Source of the DNA: a bacterium
GTDB lineage: Bacteria; SZUA-182; DTGQ01
Direction of reading: 5' to 3'
Assembly: GCA_040752695.1 (NCBI GenBank)
Contig: JBFMGO010000002.1
Coordinates: 1 to 64,000, forward strand
DNA length: 64,000 nucleotides
The position numbers were made by a program, and so were the translations under genes. The stretch's first letter is position 1; each line of letters starts with the position of its first letter. Below the pieces are notes generated by a model. That model had not been told where the DNA came from, ran no database searches, and saw only the letters and a program-made list of their open reading frames with translations. Shown in pieces: positions 17,738-28,260 of this stretch.

Positions 17738-20700
17738 ATGAGAAAGGCAGTAGGTTTAAGCGTAGTTTTGGGTCTTGTGCTTGTGGTCATGCTGGTAGTA
17801 TTAACAGCTCATGTTGCAAAAGCAGAGACGATCCGTGTACCCGATGACTACATAACCATTCAGGCAGCGATTGATGCTGCCGGTGAGGGTGATGTAATTA
17901 TGGTAGAGATGGGGACCTATTATGAAAATATTCATTTTTCAGGCATTAGCATTACCGTAAAGAGTAGAGACCCGAATGACCGGGATATCGTGTCTGCTAC
18001 TGTTATTGACGGGCATCAGGCAGGGAGTGTAGTTACCTTCAGCAGTGAAGAGGAAGCCAGCTCTGTGTTGAGCGGATTTACCGTGCGTAATGGCGCGGCT
18101 GTCGCTGGCGGCGGGATTTATTGCGAAAACTCTTCGCCTCGTATCACCAACTGCACCATAAGCGGAAATTCCACCAGCTACGGCGGGGCCGGGATTTTTT
18201 GTGAAAAATCCTCACCAAGCATCGAAAACTGTGTCGTATATGGAAACTCTGGTGGCTGGGGCGGCTCCGGGATTTTTTGCAGTGATTCCTCCTCGCCGAC
18301 TATCACCAACTGTACCATAAGCGGCAATGACGGAGGAATTAGCTGCTGCAGATCATCTTCTCCATATATCCTGAATTCAATTTTTTGGGGTAATGTATCA
18401 CCACCCTACTACCATACCTCACCGATAGAGGCCACCTCATTATCCAACCCGAGATTGAGCTATTGTGATATTGAAGGTGGTTATCCGGGGACGGGCAATA
18501 TCAATGCTGACCCGCTCTTTGTTAATCCTGCGGATGGTGATTACCGCCTTAAAATTGGTTCTTTGTGTATAGATGCTGGTCATCCGCGAATGTATGACAC
18601 AGATCATTCCCGCTCGGATATAGGAGCCCATGGAGGAGGTGGAGGATCGGATAGTCCGATCACTATCACTGTTGCAACTGATGGTAGTGGAGATTTTAAC
18701 TCTCTTCAAGAGGCTTTTGATAACACGGTTACGGGAGATACGCTTACTGTTTTACCAGGAATATACAGCGAAAATCTGGTTATTGGTAATAAAGAGGTCT
18801 CTATTATCAGCGCTAACGGTGCTGAGTCAACGATTATTGATGGCTCCGGATCAGGATCGGTTATCGTCCTGACCAATCCAGGATCAGGATGCATATTAGA
18901 TGGGTTTACTATCCGGAATGGATCGGCTGACTACGGTGGTGGAATTTTTTGTTCCTCTTCCTCTCTCAGCATAACCAACTGTATCATTACCGGGAATTCG
19001 GCTAATGGCATCAATGGCTCCGGCGGCGGCGGGATATTTTGCCGATCATCCTCGCCGACTATTGCCAACTGTACAATCACCGGGAATTCGGATACCAAGG
19101 GCGGCGGTGGCGGCGGGATATTTTGCCAAACATCCTCGCCGACTATTGCCAACTGTACTATCAGCGGAAATTCGGCCTTGAGCGGAGCAGGGATTTTTTG
19201 CGAGGGGAATTCTTCACCGGCTATTGAAAACTCTATCATCAGCAAGAATTCGGGTATTGACACTTACGAGGACTGCCACGGCGGCGGGATATTTTGCCGA
19301 TCATCCTCGCCGACTATTGCTAATTGTACTATCAGTGAAAATGTAACGAACGATGGAGGAGCAGGGATTTTTTGCGAAGGGAATTCTTCACCGGTTATTG
19401 AAAACTCCATTATCAGCAAGAATTTGGATACTGGCGTCGACTTTTTCAGCTCCGACGGCGGTGGTGGCATTTTCTGTACGGGGGATTCCTCGCCACGCAT
19501 CACAAACTGTACTATCAACGAAAATTCGGCATCTGCCAGAGGGGGCGGTATTTTTTGTACGGAGGACTCCTCACCAAATATCAAAGACTGTACCATCAAT
19601 AGTAATTCGGCGGACGTTGGTGGCGGGATTTATTGCCTCGGAGGATCGTTGCCAACTATTGAACACTGTACCATAAGCGAAAATTCAGCGACCGGTTATG
19701 GTGGTGGTGGAATATATGGTGAATCCTCTTCGCCGACTATCACCAATTGTATCATCAGCAAAAATTCGGCTCTCAGCGGTAATGGCGGCGGGATATTTTG
19801 CAAGGACTCATCACCGTCTATTACCGATTGCACCATCAGCGAAAATGCGGCCAGCGTCAATTCAGCTTTACGCAGCAGCGGCGGCGGCGGGATTTATTGC
19901 ATGGGAGATTCATGCCCACGTATCATCGGCTCTACCATCAGTCAGAATTCGGCTAACGGCAGCCAGTGCTACGGCGGCGGGATAGCCTGTGATGAGGATT
20001 CCTCCCCAACTATTGAAAACTGTTTCATCAAAGAGAACCTGGTTGCCACTGCCAGTACCTACTCCGCCTTCGGCGGCGGGATCTATTGCTCACTTTCATC
20101 CTCGCCTGATATCTCTCATTGTACCATCATCGGGAATTCAACGAACAGCGGCAGCGGCGGCGGGATTTTTTGCTTATCCTCCTCTTCAGTTACTATCAAA
20201 GATTGCACCATCAGCAGTAACTCGGCTCTCGACGGCTATGGCGGCGGGATTTTTTGCTCATCCTCCTCTCCAGCTATCAGCAATTGCTCCATCAGCCAAA
20301 ATTCGGTTAATGGTGACTATGGCAGCGGCGGCGGGATAGCCTGTTCCGACTCCTCTCCAGCTATCAGCAATTGTATCATCAGCCAAAATTCAGCTTCAGG
20401 ATCTACCGGGGCTGCCCTCCATGGAGGTGGCATCAGTTGTATTGGTTCTTCACCAGCCATCACTGACTGTACTATTACCGAAAATTTAGCCTCTGGTGAT
20501 GGTGGCGGTATTCATTGTTACCACTTTTCATCGCCGACTATCACTGATTCTTCCATTTCCGGAAACTCCGCCAGCCGCCATGGCGGTGGCATTCGTTGTT
20601 TTTACTTCTCCTCGTCCAAAATAACCAAAAGTATCATTTCCGGGAATTCAGCATCCCTTTCCGGCGGTGGAATTGACTGCAAATATTTTTCCCCTCCGCA

Positions 20701-23700
20701 CATCGTCAATTCTATTTTTACTCTGAATTCAGCTTCTCATTTCGGCGGCGCTATGGCTTGTTTCGATAATTCCTCGCCGGCTGTGAGGAATTGTACGGTG
20801 ACAAAAAATTCAGCTTCCAGCCACGGAGGCGGAATTTATGGCAGTGATTCATCTTCTCCAAGAATTATAAACAGCATTCTCTGGCAGGATACGCCGGATG
20901 AAATATATGCCAGTACAGCCAGCGTAACTTACTCTGATATTCAAAACGGCTATGGCGGAGAAGGTAATATCTGTCTTGATCCTGAATTTATCGACCCTGA
21001 CGGAGGAGATTACCATCTTGGGTCTCGCTCGCCTTGTATTGATAAAGGTACCGGCGATGGTGCCCCTTTTATCGACACAGATGATCTTCCAAGACCCGGA
21101 GGCGCAGGATATGATCTGGGAGCCTATGAATCTCAAGCAGCCGTTATTCACTCTGTTTTTTCAGGAGACAGTATTCAGGAGGCTATTGACGTGGCCAATA
21201 ACGGGGAAGTGATTATCGTAGGAGAGGGAATCTATCGTGAGAATATCCGTATTGTAAATAAAAATATTACGCTGAGGAGTACCGACCCTGAAGATCCGAA
21301 GAGAGTGGCTCAAACCATTATTGATGGAAACCAGACAGGCAGCGTCGTTACTTTTTCCGGCAGCAACTCTGTGCTGAGTGGATTTACTTTACAAAATGGC
21401 CACTCTCTTTATGGAGGCGCGATTTATTGTTCCGACTCTTCCTCCCCAGGCATTCATAATTGTACTCTTACCGGAAACTCAGCGTCTCAAGCCGGGGGAG
21501 GGATCGCCTGTCAAAATTTTTCTTCACCAGGCATTACGAACTGCATCATTACGGGAAATTCGTCTGCCTTATCCGGCGGCGGTATAGCCTGTAGCGATCA
21601 TTGTTCTCCGTCTATCATTAACTGCACCATTACCCAAAATTCAGCTTCCGGTAAAGGGGGAGGGATTTATATCGAGGATTTACTCTATTCTCCGCGAATC
21701 ATAAACTGTATTCTCTGGAACGACATACCGGATGAAATATCCAGTTGGGCGCCTGTGATCATCTCCTATTCCGATGTTCAAAACCTTCTTTTCCTCACCC
21801 TGAGGGGAGAGGGTAATATGTCTGTTGATCCCGGGTTTATCGATCCAGGTGCCGGAGACTACCACCTTAGTTTCCTTCCGCCCTTTTCACCCTGTATCGA
21901 TAAGGGAACAAATGATACAGCACCCTTTTCGGATAAAGACGGGCAGATCAGACCATCGGGACACGGATACGATATAGGGTCCTATGAGTTAAGTGTCAAG
22001 GATCGGTATGTTTATTATTCTTATCAAAGACATCGTTGTCAAGAATGCCATATCGATATCATTGAAAATGATCAGCCGGGTCATGCTGCCCATATCGGGA
22101 CCAATCCCGGAGGGGCAGCCATAGACTGTACTGCCTGTCATGCTGATGATCCGGGGTCTTCTGAGCATTACCGTCAAGAGCTCGTATTATTCGCTGACGG
22201 CAAAACTTTTGATGAAACTGCCATTTGTGATAGTTGCCACAGCCCTGACGGCGCCTTTGATGGCGTGAATGATCCAGTTATTGGAGCCAAGGCCAATTGG
22301 GAAAACGGAGTATACCAAAAGCCCTCCCGTCAGCAGTTAACCCCTGGCCTGGAAAACTGGTGCGCAGGCTGTCACGACAATGGCACATCGGTCTATAGCG
22401 GAGTATCTGCCCCTGCCGTGATGGGAGATAACTCTACCTACGGCTACAATATTACCGGCCATAAGATAGCCTGCTCTGCCTGTCATGATGTAACCACGAG
22501 GCACATCGATGGCCAGGCCAGAACCTATTCGTCTTATTCCGATCCCTGGAAGTCATGGGATATCCATAATTATCAAAATGGATACAGATTAAAGTACCGG
22601 ATGATTATCCCTCTGGATGTCGGGCCTCAAGGGGGAGAGGCCAAAGATCAATTTGCTCTTTGTTTTGAGTGCCATGACGAAAACACCCGCCTGAACAAGG
22701 TCCCTCCGTATCTAACCAATTTCCAGGATAATGGAATTAACCGGCACTCATCGCATGTAAGCTCCGGTCTCAAGGCATGGGATTCTGACTGGAATTATTT
22801 ACAGCCAAAAGATGAAGGTTCCATCATAGGGGGACATCTGCCAGGTGAAGATCCAATAATTGATTCACGCCTCAGTTGTCCTGCCTGTCATAATGTACAC
22901 GGATCCCCAAATCCGGTCATGATTCGACATGGGGAATTGATCAGCAGCCCAGGGACTCAGGATAAGGTAGCGGCCCTGAATTTCCGATGGTATAAAGAGG
23001 ATGGATATACACCGACCATCTTTGGCGATGAAAGCCTGTTTGCCGATGTTCCAGTCATGGGAGGGCCGGGAGGTGGCGATTTGGAAAACAGCCGGGTATG
23101 TAATGGCTGTCATGGCGGCCCCATGCCTGTCAAGTATAATCGAACCTGGCAGAGTGTGGATAAGCCTAAAGGCTCCTGGGACAGACCGGCTCTTCCGCCT
23201 TCACTGCGATTTTTGAAGCCGGCGCCGGGCAGTAAGGATATCGCTGTTGATACGTCTTTGAGCTTTTTGCTTCTTTCCAATCAAGAGGATGATCCTGATT
23301 GGAGCACCTTTTCGATTTCTCTCAAGGACTCTTTGCTTTACTCCCAAACCTATACCTATGATGACAGCGAGGTTATGGTGATACCCGTTCAGGGAAGACC
23401 CCACTGTTATGAGGTGACGGTAAATCCCTCGGTCGATTTTGGCGACCAGCAAAAAATCAGGGTGGATATCTCTCTTCAAGATACGGCTGGCCACAGGCTA
23501 ACCTCTCCTGAGTGGTATTTCGATACAGGTGTCTCTTCTCCGGTAATTTGGAGAACTCCTGCGAGGGTTCACTCTGAAAATATTTTTTGGTCACCAGAGC
23601 TTTTGATTGACGATCATCCAGAGACAGGCAACGCGTATTCCCCTTTTTCTTCTCACTGGCTCATCTTCGATTTAGGCCAAAGCTATCAGGTTGGTCAGGT

Positions 23701-23950
23701 TCGCTTTCTCCTTTCCTTTCTCGATAGTCGGTTATGGAACATCTATGTGAGTGATGATCCAAATGATCTGGGTCCTGCGGTAAAAATGAAATGGCTGGCT
23801 GAACCGGATCCTGGTCTGGCTCCTGATACCTATCTGCCAGCCTGGGCAACCACGTCTTTTGATCCAAAACAGGGTAGATACGTGATGATTGAGACAGGAA
23901 GAGGCCCATTAGAAAAAGATACCCTCATGGAGATGGATTTTGCACCTTAA
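17738..23950 (+). CDS. Giant exported protein: three beta-helix (pectin-lyase-like) modules, an 8-CxxCH multiheme cytochrome c region, an Ig-like domain and a discoidin-like C-terminus
   Basis: Signal peptide; many GGGIxC..SSP.I.NC.I..NS repeats; three IQ.AID/LQEAFD..G.Y.EN starts; CxxCH motifs CQECH, CTACH, CDSCH, CAGCH, CSACH, CFECH, CPACH, CNGCH; WLIFDLG..YQVGQV ... GRYVMI tail. Confidence 0.85.
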   Translation: MRKAVGLSVVLGLVLVVMLVVLTAHVAKAETIRVPDDYITIQAAIDAAGEGDVIMVEMGTYYENIHFSGISITVKSRDPNDRDIVSATVIDGHQAGSVVTFSSEEEASSVLSGFTVRNGAAVAGGGIYCENSSPRITNCTISGNSTSYGGAGIFCEKSSPSIENCVVYGNSGGWGGSGIFCSDSSSPTITNCTISGNDGGISCCRSSSPYILNSIFWGNVSPPYYHTSPIEATSLSNPRLSYCDIEGGYPGTGNINADPLFVNPADGDYRLKIGSLCIDAGHPRMYDTDHSRSDIGAHGGGGGSDSPITITVATDGSGDFNSLQEAFDNTVTGDTLTVLPGIYSENLVIGNKEVSIISANGAESTIIDGSGSGSVIVLTNPGSGCILDGFTIRNGSADYGGGIFCSSSSLSITNCIITGNSANGINGSGGGGIFCRSSSPTIANCTITGNSDTKGGGGGGIFCQTSSPTIANCTISGNSALSGAGIFCEGNSSPAIENSIISKNSGIDTYEDCHGGGIFCRSSSPTIANCTISENVTNDGGAGIFCEGNSSPVIENSIISKNLDTGVDFFSSDGGGGIFCTGDSSPRITNCTINENSASARGGGIFCTEDSSPNIKDCTINSNSADVGGGIYCLGGSLPTIEHCTISENSATGYGGGGIYGESSSPTITNCIISKNSALSGNGGGIFCKDSSPSITDCTISENAASVNSALRSSGGGGIYCMGDSCPRIIGSTISQNSANGSQCYGGGIACDEDSSPTIENCFIKENLVATASTYSAFGGGIYCSLSSSPDISHCTIIGNSTNSGSGGGIFCLSSSSVTIKDCTISSNSALDGYGGGIFCSSSSPAISNCSISQNSVNGDYGSGGGIACSDSSPAISNCIISQNSASGSTGAALHGGGISCIGSSPAITDCTITENLASGDGGGIHCYHFSSPTITDSSISGNSASRHGGGIRCFYFSSSKITKSIISGNSASLSGGGIDCKYFSPPHIVNSIFTLNSASHFGGAMACFDNSSPAVRNCTVTKNSASSHGGGIYGSDSSSPRIINSILWQDTPDEIYASTASVTYSDIQNGYGGEGNICLDPEFIDPDGGDYHLGSRSPCIDKGTGDGAPFIDTDDLPRPGGAGYDLGAYESQAAVIHSVFSGDSIQEAIDVANNGEVIIVGEGIYRENIRIVNKNITLRSTDPEDPKRVAQTIIDGNQTGSVVTFSGSNSVLSGFTLQNGHSLYGGAIYCSDSSSPGIHNCTLTGNSASQAGGGIACQNFSSPGITNCIITGNSSALSGGGIACSDHCSPSIINCTITQNSASGKGGGIYIEDLLYSPRIINCILWNDIPDEISSWAPVIISYSDVQNLLFLTLRGEGNMSVDPGFIDPGAGDYHLSFLPPFSPCIDKGTNDTAPFSDKDGQIRPSGHGYDIGSYELSVKDRYVYYSYQRHRCQECHIDIIENDQPGHAAHIGTNPGGAAIDCTACHADDPGSSEHYRQELVLFADGKTFDETAICDSCHSPDGAFDGVNDPVIGAKANWENGVYQKPSRQQLTPGLENWCAGCHDNGTSVYSGVSAPAVMGDNSTYGYNITGHKIACSACHDVTTRHIDGQARTYSSYSDPWKSWDIHNYQNGYRLKYRMIIPLDVGPQGGEAKDQFALCFECHDENTRLNKVPPYLTNFQDNGINRHSSHVSSGLKAWDSDWNYLQPKDEGSIIGGHLPGEDPIIDSRLSCPACHNVHGSPNPVMIRHGELISSPGTQDKVAALNFRWYKEDGYTPTIFGDESLFADVPVMGGPGGGDLENSRVCNGCHGGPMPVKYNRTWQSVDKPKGSWDRPALPPSLRFLKPAPGSKDIAVDTSLSFLLLSNQEDDPDWSTFSISLKDSLLYSQTYTYDDSEVMVIPVQGRPHCYEVTVNPSVDFGDQQKIRVDISLQDTAGHRLTSPEWYFDTGVSSPVIWRTPARVHSENIFWSPELLIDDHPETGNAYSPFSSHWLIFDLGQSYQVGQVRFLLSFLDSRLWNIYVSDDPNDLGPAVKMKWLAEPDPGLAPDTYLPAWATTSFDPKQGRYVMIETGRGPLEKDTLMEMDFAP

Positions 23951-23954
23951 CGAG

Positions 23955-24078
23955 GGCCAGTGTGCAAGCTCATGGTTCCCCGCATCAGGAAGCGATTTTA
24001 AACTTTGTAAGAACCCCCATCAATTTGAACTTTGTAAGAATCCCCATCAAAGGGATTTGCATACACAGCCTGGTATTT
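23955..24078. repeat. Structured dispersed element, copy 2, with an internal 27-bp duplication
   Basis: gtgtgcaa ... ttgcatac stem; aactttgtaagaa.ccccatcaa duplicated; homologous to 4143-4240. Confidence 0.7.
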
Positions 24079-24188
24079 CAATATTTCCTCAGGAGGAAAA
24101 GGGAGAGAAGCATATCTATTCGAAAGAAATTCCGAACAGGAGAAGGCAAGCTAGAAAAGGCGGGGAGATGACGCGAAGAGGAGATGAC

Positions 24189-24815
24189 GTGAAAAAGTTA
24201 TTACATATTATAGCCACACCGCGCGGAGAGAATTCACGAACACTGAGAGTGAGCGGGATATTTCTGGAAGAATTTATGAAAACCCACCCGGATTGGATTA
24301 TCGACGAGTTGGATTTATTCAAAGAGGATCTCCCCAAACTTACCGTCAGGAGAGTCGACGGTAAATATCTTCTCCTTGATGGCAAAGGCTTATTTGGGGA
24401 GTTGAAAGAGGCATGGGAAGAGATCGTTGCCCACATAGAGAGGTTTTTGTCAGCCGATGCCTCCCTCATAAGCACTCCGATGTGGAATTTTCATATCCCT
24501 TACGTGCTCAAGCAGTACATTGATATTATTGTGCAGCCGCGATTTCTTTTTAAATACACACCAGAGGGTGTCGTAGGAATGGCCAAAGGGAAAAAGATGG
24601 TCATCATCACCAGCAGGGGCGGAGATTACAGTTCAGACCAGATGCAGCCCTTTGACTTTCAGGAGCCATATTTGCGTGCTATTTTTCAATTTGTCGGGAT
24701 AACCGACATCAGCTTTATCATCGCCCAGCCGATGGATGGTGTGGAATCCAGGATACGAGACCAAAAGATATTCGAAGCCCAGGCCTTAGCCAGGAAGATA
24801 GCCACTCATGTTTAA
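24189..24815 (+). CDS. azoR: FMN-dependent NAD(P)H azoreductase/quinone reductase (flavodoxin-like fold)
   Basis: LLHIIATPRG..S.T, PMWNFHIPYVLKQYID, FKYTPEG..G, SRGGDY, YLRAIF.FVGI; GTG start after gaggag. Confidence 0.85.
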   Translation: MKKLLHIIATPRGENSRTLRVSGIFLEEFMKTHPDWIIDELDLFKEDLPKLTVRRVDGKYLLLDGKGLFGELKEAWEEIVAHIERFLSADASLISTPMWNFHIPYVLKQYIDIIVQPRFLFKYTPEGVVGMAKGKKMVIITSRGGDYSSDQMQPFDFQEPYLRAIFQFVGITDISFIIAQPMDGVESRIRDQKIFEAQALARKIATHV

Positions 24816-24845
24816 GAAAGAAGCCATTTTGCCGGGAGAAAAAGC

Positions 24846-26843
24846 GTGCCCCGCGATATTCCCATAGGGAATGGAAATATATTGATTGCCTTTGACAGGG
24901 ATTATCGCCTGCGGGAGTTTTCCTTTCCCCATGTCGGGCAGGAGAGTCACGTCGGGCCGGAACCCTTCCGCTTTGGTGTCTGGATAGATGGGATCTTTAG
25001 CTGGATTCCTGAAGGATGGAAAATACGCAAGGGTTATCTTGAAGATTCCCTGGTTACCGAGGTGCATCTTATCCATGAAGATCTTGACATTCAATTTATC
25101 ACGCATGATCTGGTAGATTTTCATGAGAATATATACTTAAGAAAGATAACCATTGAAAACATGTCGGGCACTGACAGGGATATCCGGATCTTCTTCTGCC
25201 ATGATTTTCACATCTATGGAAATAATATCGGAGATACCGCAGCATTTCGTCCGGAAGTTCGTGGCATTGTACACTATAAAAATGAACGATATTTTCTCGT
25301 CAATGTCTATGCAAATACAAAGTATGGTATCGACCAGTTTGCAACGGGAAATAAAGAGTACGGCGATTTTATCGGTACCTGGAAGGATGCCGAAGATGGA
25401 ATCCTCAGCGGGAATCCTATATCCCAGGGCTCAGTCGACTCGGTGATTGCCATTCATCTTACCTTAAAAGGATACCAAAAGGAGGATTGTTACTATTGGA
25501 TTTGTGCTGGCAAGAGCTGGTCGGAGGTAAATGAGCTCAATACGGTTATCATGAAGAAAAAACCTGAGACCATCCTCAAGCGAACCCTGGATTACTGGAC
25601 ATTATGGCTGAATAAGGAAGAGTTGAATTTCGATCTGCTGCCTCCGAACGTAGCCTGGCTCTACAAAAGAAGCCTCATTATTTTGCGCACCCAGATCGAT
25701 AATTGCGGAAGTATTATGGCGGCAAATGATTCGGATGTAGTTTATTTTAACCGGGATACTTACAGCTATATGTGGCCGCGTGATGGGGCATTAATTGCTT
25801 ATGCGCTTGATCTGGCTGGTTATCCGGAAATTACCTGCCGCTTCTTCAATCTTTGTGCGAAGATTATCGAGAAGGAAGGTTACTTTTTCCATAAGTATAC
25901 TCCATCGGGAATGTTAGCCAGTTCCTGGCATCCATGGTTAAAAGGAGGAAAATTTCAGCTCCCTATCCAGGAGGATGAGACTGCATTGGTTATCTGGGCG
26001 CTCTGGAATCATTATCAACTCTACAGGGATATAGAATTTATTAAATTTCTCTACAAGCCCTTGATTAAACGTGCGGCAGATTTCATGATGAATTATCGTG
26101 ACTCTGAAACAAAGCTGCCTTTACCAAGCTATGATCTTTGGGAGGAGCGCCAGGGAATTTTGACGTTTACCGTGTCAGCCGTATACGGCGGGTTAATGGC
26201 AGCCGCAAATTTCACCCGGGCATTTGGAGAAACTGAATTAGCCGGTGAATACCAAAAGGGTGCTGAAGAGATCAGGGAAGCGATGGAGCGATACCTTTAC
26301 CTTAAAGGAGAGAAAAGATTTGCCAGAATGGTTCATTTCAAGGAAGATGAAAGGGTAGAGATTGATGCTGCCATCGATGCCAGCCTCTATGGTGTATTTG
26401 CTTTTGGTGCTTTTTCCGCTCATGATGAAAAAGTAGCTTCTACGATGCAACAGGTTTATGAGAGATTATGGTGTAAAACTCATGTCGGCGGAATAGCCAG
26501 GAATGAGGACGATTATTACCACCGGGTAAGTCGTGATCTTCCGGGCAATCCATGGATTATTACGACCCTGTGGCTTGCCCAGTATGCCATCGCCAAAGCG
26601 GAATCCCGGTCTGAACTGGATAAGGCCATGAATAGTATCCAGTGGGTTGTTGACCGAGCCTTACCAAGTGGTGTGCTGGCCGAGCAAGTGCATCCTTATA
26701 CCAACGCACCGCTTTCAGTTTCACCATTATCCTGGAGTCATGCTGCATTTATTATGGCAGTCCAGGAGTATCTGAATAAGTATACCGCAATGGAAAGATG
26801 CCCAAGCTGTGGTCAATCAAAATTTCTAAAAAAGAAAAAGTAA
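24846..26843 (+). CDS. Glycoside hydrolase family 15 (glucoamylase/trehalase-like)
   Basis: YSYMWPRDG, QEDET, YDLWEER, GVLAEQV, PLSWSHA; no signal peptide. Confidence 0.9.
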   Translation: MPRDIPIGNGNILIAFDRDYRLREFSFPHVGQESHVGPEPFRFGVWIDGIFSWIPEGWKIRKGYLEDSLVTEVHLIHEDLDIQFITHDLVDFHENIYLRKITIENMSGTDRDIRIFFCHDFHIYGNNIGDTAAFRPEVRGIVHYKNERYFLVNVYANTKYGIDQFATGNKEYGDFIGTWKDAEDGILSGNPISQGSVDSVIAIHLTLKGYQKEDCYYWICAGKSWSEVNELNTVIMKKKPETILKRTLDYWTLWLNKEELNFDLLPPNVAWLYKRSLIILRTQIDNCGSIMAANDSDVVYFNRDTYSYMWPRDGALIAYALDLAGYPEITCRFFNLCAKIIEKEGYFFHKYTPSGMLASSWHPWLKGGKFQLPIQEDETALVIWALWNHYQLYRDIEFIKFLYKPLIKRAADFMMNYRDSETKLPLPSYDLWEERQGILTFTVSAVYGGLMAAANFTRAFGETELAGEYQKGAEEIREAMERYLYLKGEKRFARMVHFKEDERVEIDAAIDASLYGVFAFGAFSAHDEKVASTMQQVYERLWCKTHVGGIARNEDDYYHRVSRDLPGNPWIITTLWLAQYAIAKAESRSELDKAMNSIQWVVDRALPSGVLAEQVHPYTNAPLSVSPLSWSHAAFIMAVQEYLNKYTAMERCPSCGQSKFLKKKK

Positions 26844-26967
26844 TTTTTCTCACTTCCAAAGAATGTTTGCATACGAAAACGATCAGTGTATTACTAATTA
26901 TATTGTTGCAGTTTTTGGCACGTGACAGGTGAGTTGCCCGCCGGGCAACTTGTGATCAGCAGCTCCC

Positions 26968-27966
26968 TCAGGAGCTTCTCGGGTTTTCGCTATACACGGA
27001 TGAACTTGCACTACCCGCGGAAGGATACTGGAGTTGCCAGGGGTACGCCATGTATGAACCCTGGAAGAGGCTTTGAATGAACGACATATCCTTTGTATTC
27101 CAGTTCTGCGTAATCGAGGGGGAAGAATAGCTCGTCCCTTGAGAGGAATAGGATGGCAGCGCAAGATAAGGCATTGTCTGATAACTTGTATAGGAAACAG
27201 GAATAATGCTCTGAATCCATGATGAATTATTGGTGGTTTGCTGAACGGGAGTCTCTACCTTTTTCAGTTTGGGAATCTTTTTGGGATCAACCTTTTGTGT
27301 TATCGGAAGCCCTGTGTCCATCCAGGATACAGAATCATTTTCATTCTCGATCTTTTCAGTGACCGTAGCAACTTTAATTGAGGAGGAGATGGACCCGCTG
27401 GGAAGCCTTCCCGGATATCCCCTGTATCCATAGAAATATCCGTTGGTTTCAGCCTGATAATTTGAGCCCTGTAATCCACCCAGGCCGCCGGTGCCCTGAG
27501 GGCTTGACATTTCCTTGAGTTTATTATCAACCTCGTAAACAGTGGTAAATCCGAGTTGCTCCAGACGATCCGCTGCGTACGTACTTCGCACTCCAATGGC
27601 ACATATAACAATCAGCGTGTCGCTTTTCCTGCTGCCGAAGGTTTGCTCAACCAGGGCATCGAAATCGGGATTATCTTTATAGATTGTCTTGCCATTTTCA
27701 TCAATGCCGTCGAACAGCTTCCAGGGTATGAGATAGGCAATGGGTTCACCACCGGCATCGAGTGCAGGACTTCCCACGAAGGTATATTCCTCCAGTGTTC
27801 TGACATCGAGAATTGTCGCCTGGCCGCTTTTCACCATATTGTAAGCCTCTTGCGCGGTAATCTGGTCAAATGCTTCCACGATACCGGGAAAATTCATCAA
27901 AAAAGACACATTAAAAAGAAAAATAAATAAGCTGAATAGTAATAAGTTGAATATCTTTTTTTTCAT
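26968..27966 (-). CDS. Exported rhodanese-like domain protein with a low-complexity S/Y/Q/W/P C-terminal tail
   Basis: Signal peptide; ILDVRTLEEY, active-site loop CAIGVRS, LGFTTVY, W...GLP. Confidence 0.8.
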   Translation of the reverse strand: MKKKIFNLLLFSLFIFLFNVSFLMNFPGIVEAFDQITAQEAYNMVKSGQATILDVRTLEEYTFVGSPALDAGGEPIAYLIPWKLFDGIDENGKTIYKDNPDFDALVEQTFGSRKSDTLIVICAIGVRSTYAADRLEQLGFTTVYEVDNKLKEMSSPQGTGGLGGLQGSNYQAETNGYFYGYRGYPGRLPSGSISSSIKVATVTEKIENENDSVSWMDTGLPITQKVDPKKIPKLKKVETPVQQTTNNSSWIQSIIPVSYTSYQTMPYLALPSYSSQGTSYSSPSITQNWNTKDMSFIQSLFQGSYMAYPWQLQYPSAGSASSSVYSENPRSS

Positions 27967-28177
27967 ATTTGGTCAACCTCGTATTTCTCGTTTACTTTTC
28001 AATAGCCTAAAGTTTGGGCGCTATTTAATGATAATCTCTTTCACATCATTCTGTCAACCATCATTCATCCTTTAGTCAATATTTATTTACTGAAGCCAAT
28101 TTTCATGGTGCTCATACCCTGTTTCTCTCTGTACCCATCAGGTGAGTGTTGAGCAGATGCCATGATGAAACCGCATC

Positions 28178-28207
28178 TTGACAATCGGGAAAGTGTATGA
28201 TTATAGT
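28178..28207 (+). promoter_or_regulatory. Putative sigma70 promoter
   Basis: TTGACA-N18-TATAGT; its position implies the real start codon lies downstream of 28210. Confidence 0.45.
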
Positions 28208-28260
28208 TAATGAAAATATTCCATGATCTGGTAAATGACCCTTTCCCTGGAACCGGGACC

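Noticed and set aside
19020..19420. Near-identical DNA repeats as a diversity-generating retroelement template/variable pair
   Set aside because: They are in-frame beta-helix rung duplications; no reverse transcriptase and no adenine-specific mismatch pattern seen
23940..24188. N-terminal extension of AzoR
   Set aside because: It translates the dispersed repeat element; the family fold starts at GTG 24189
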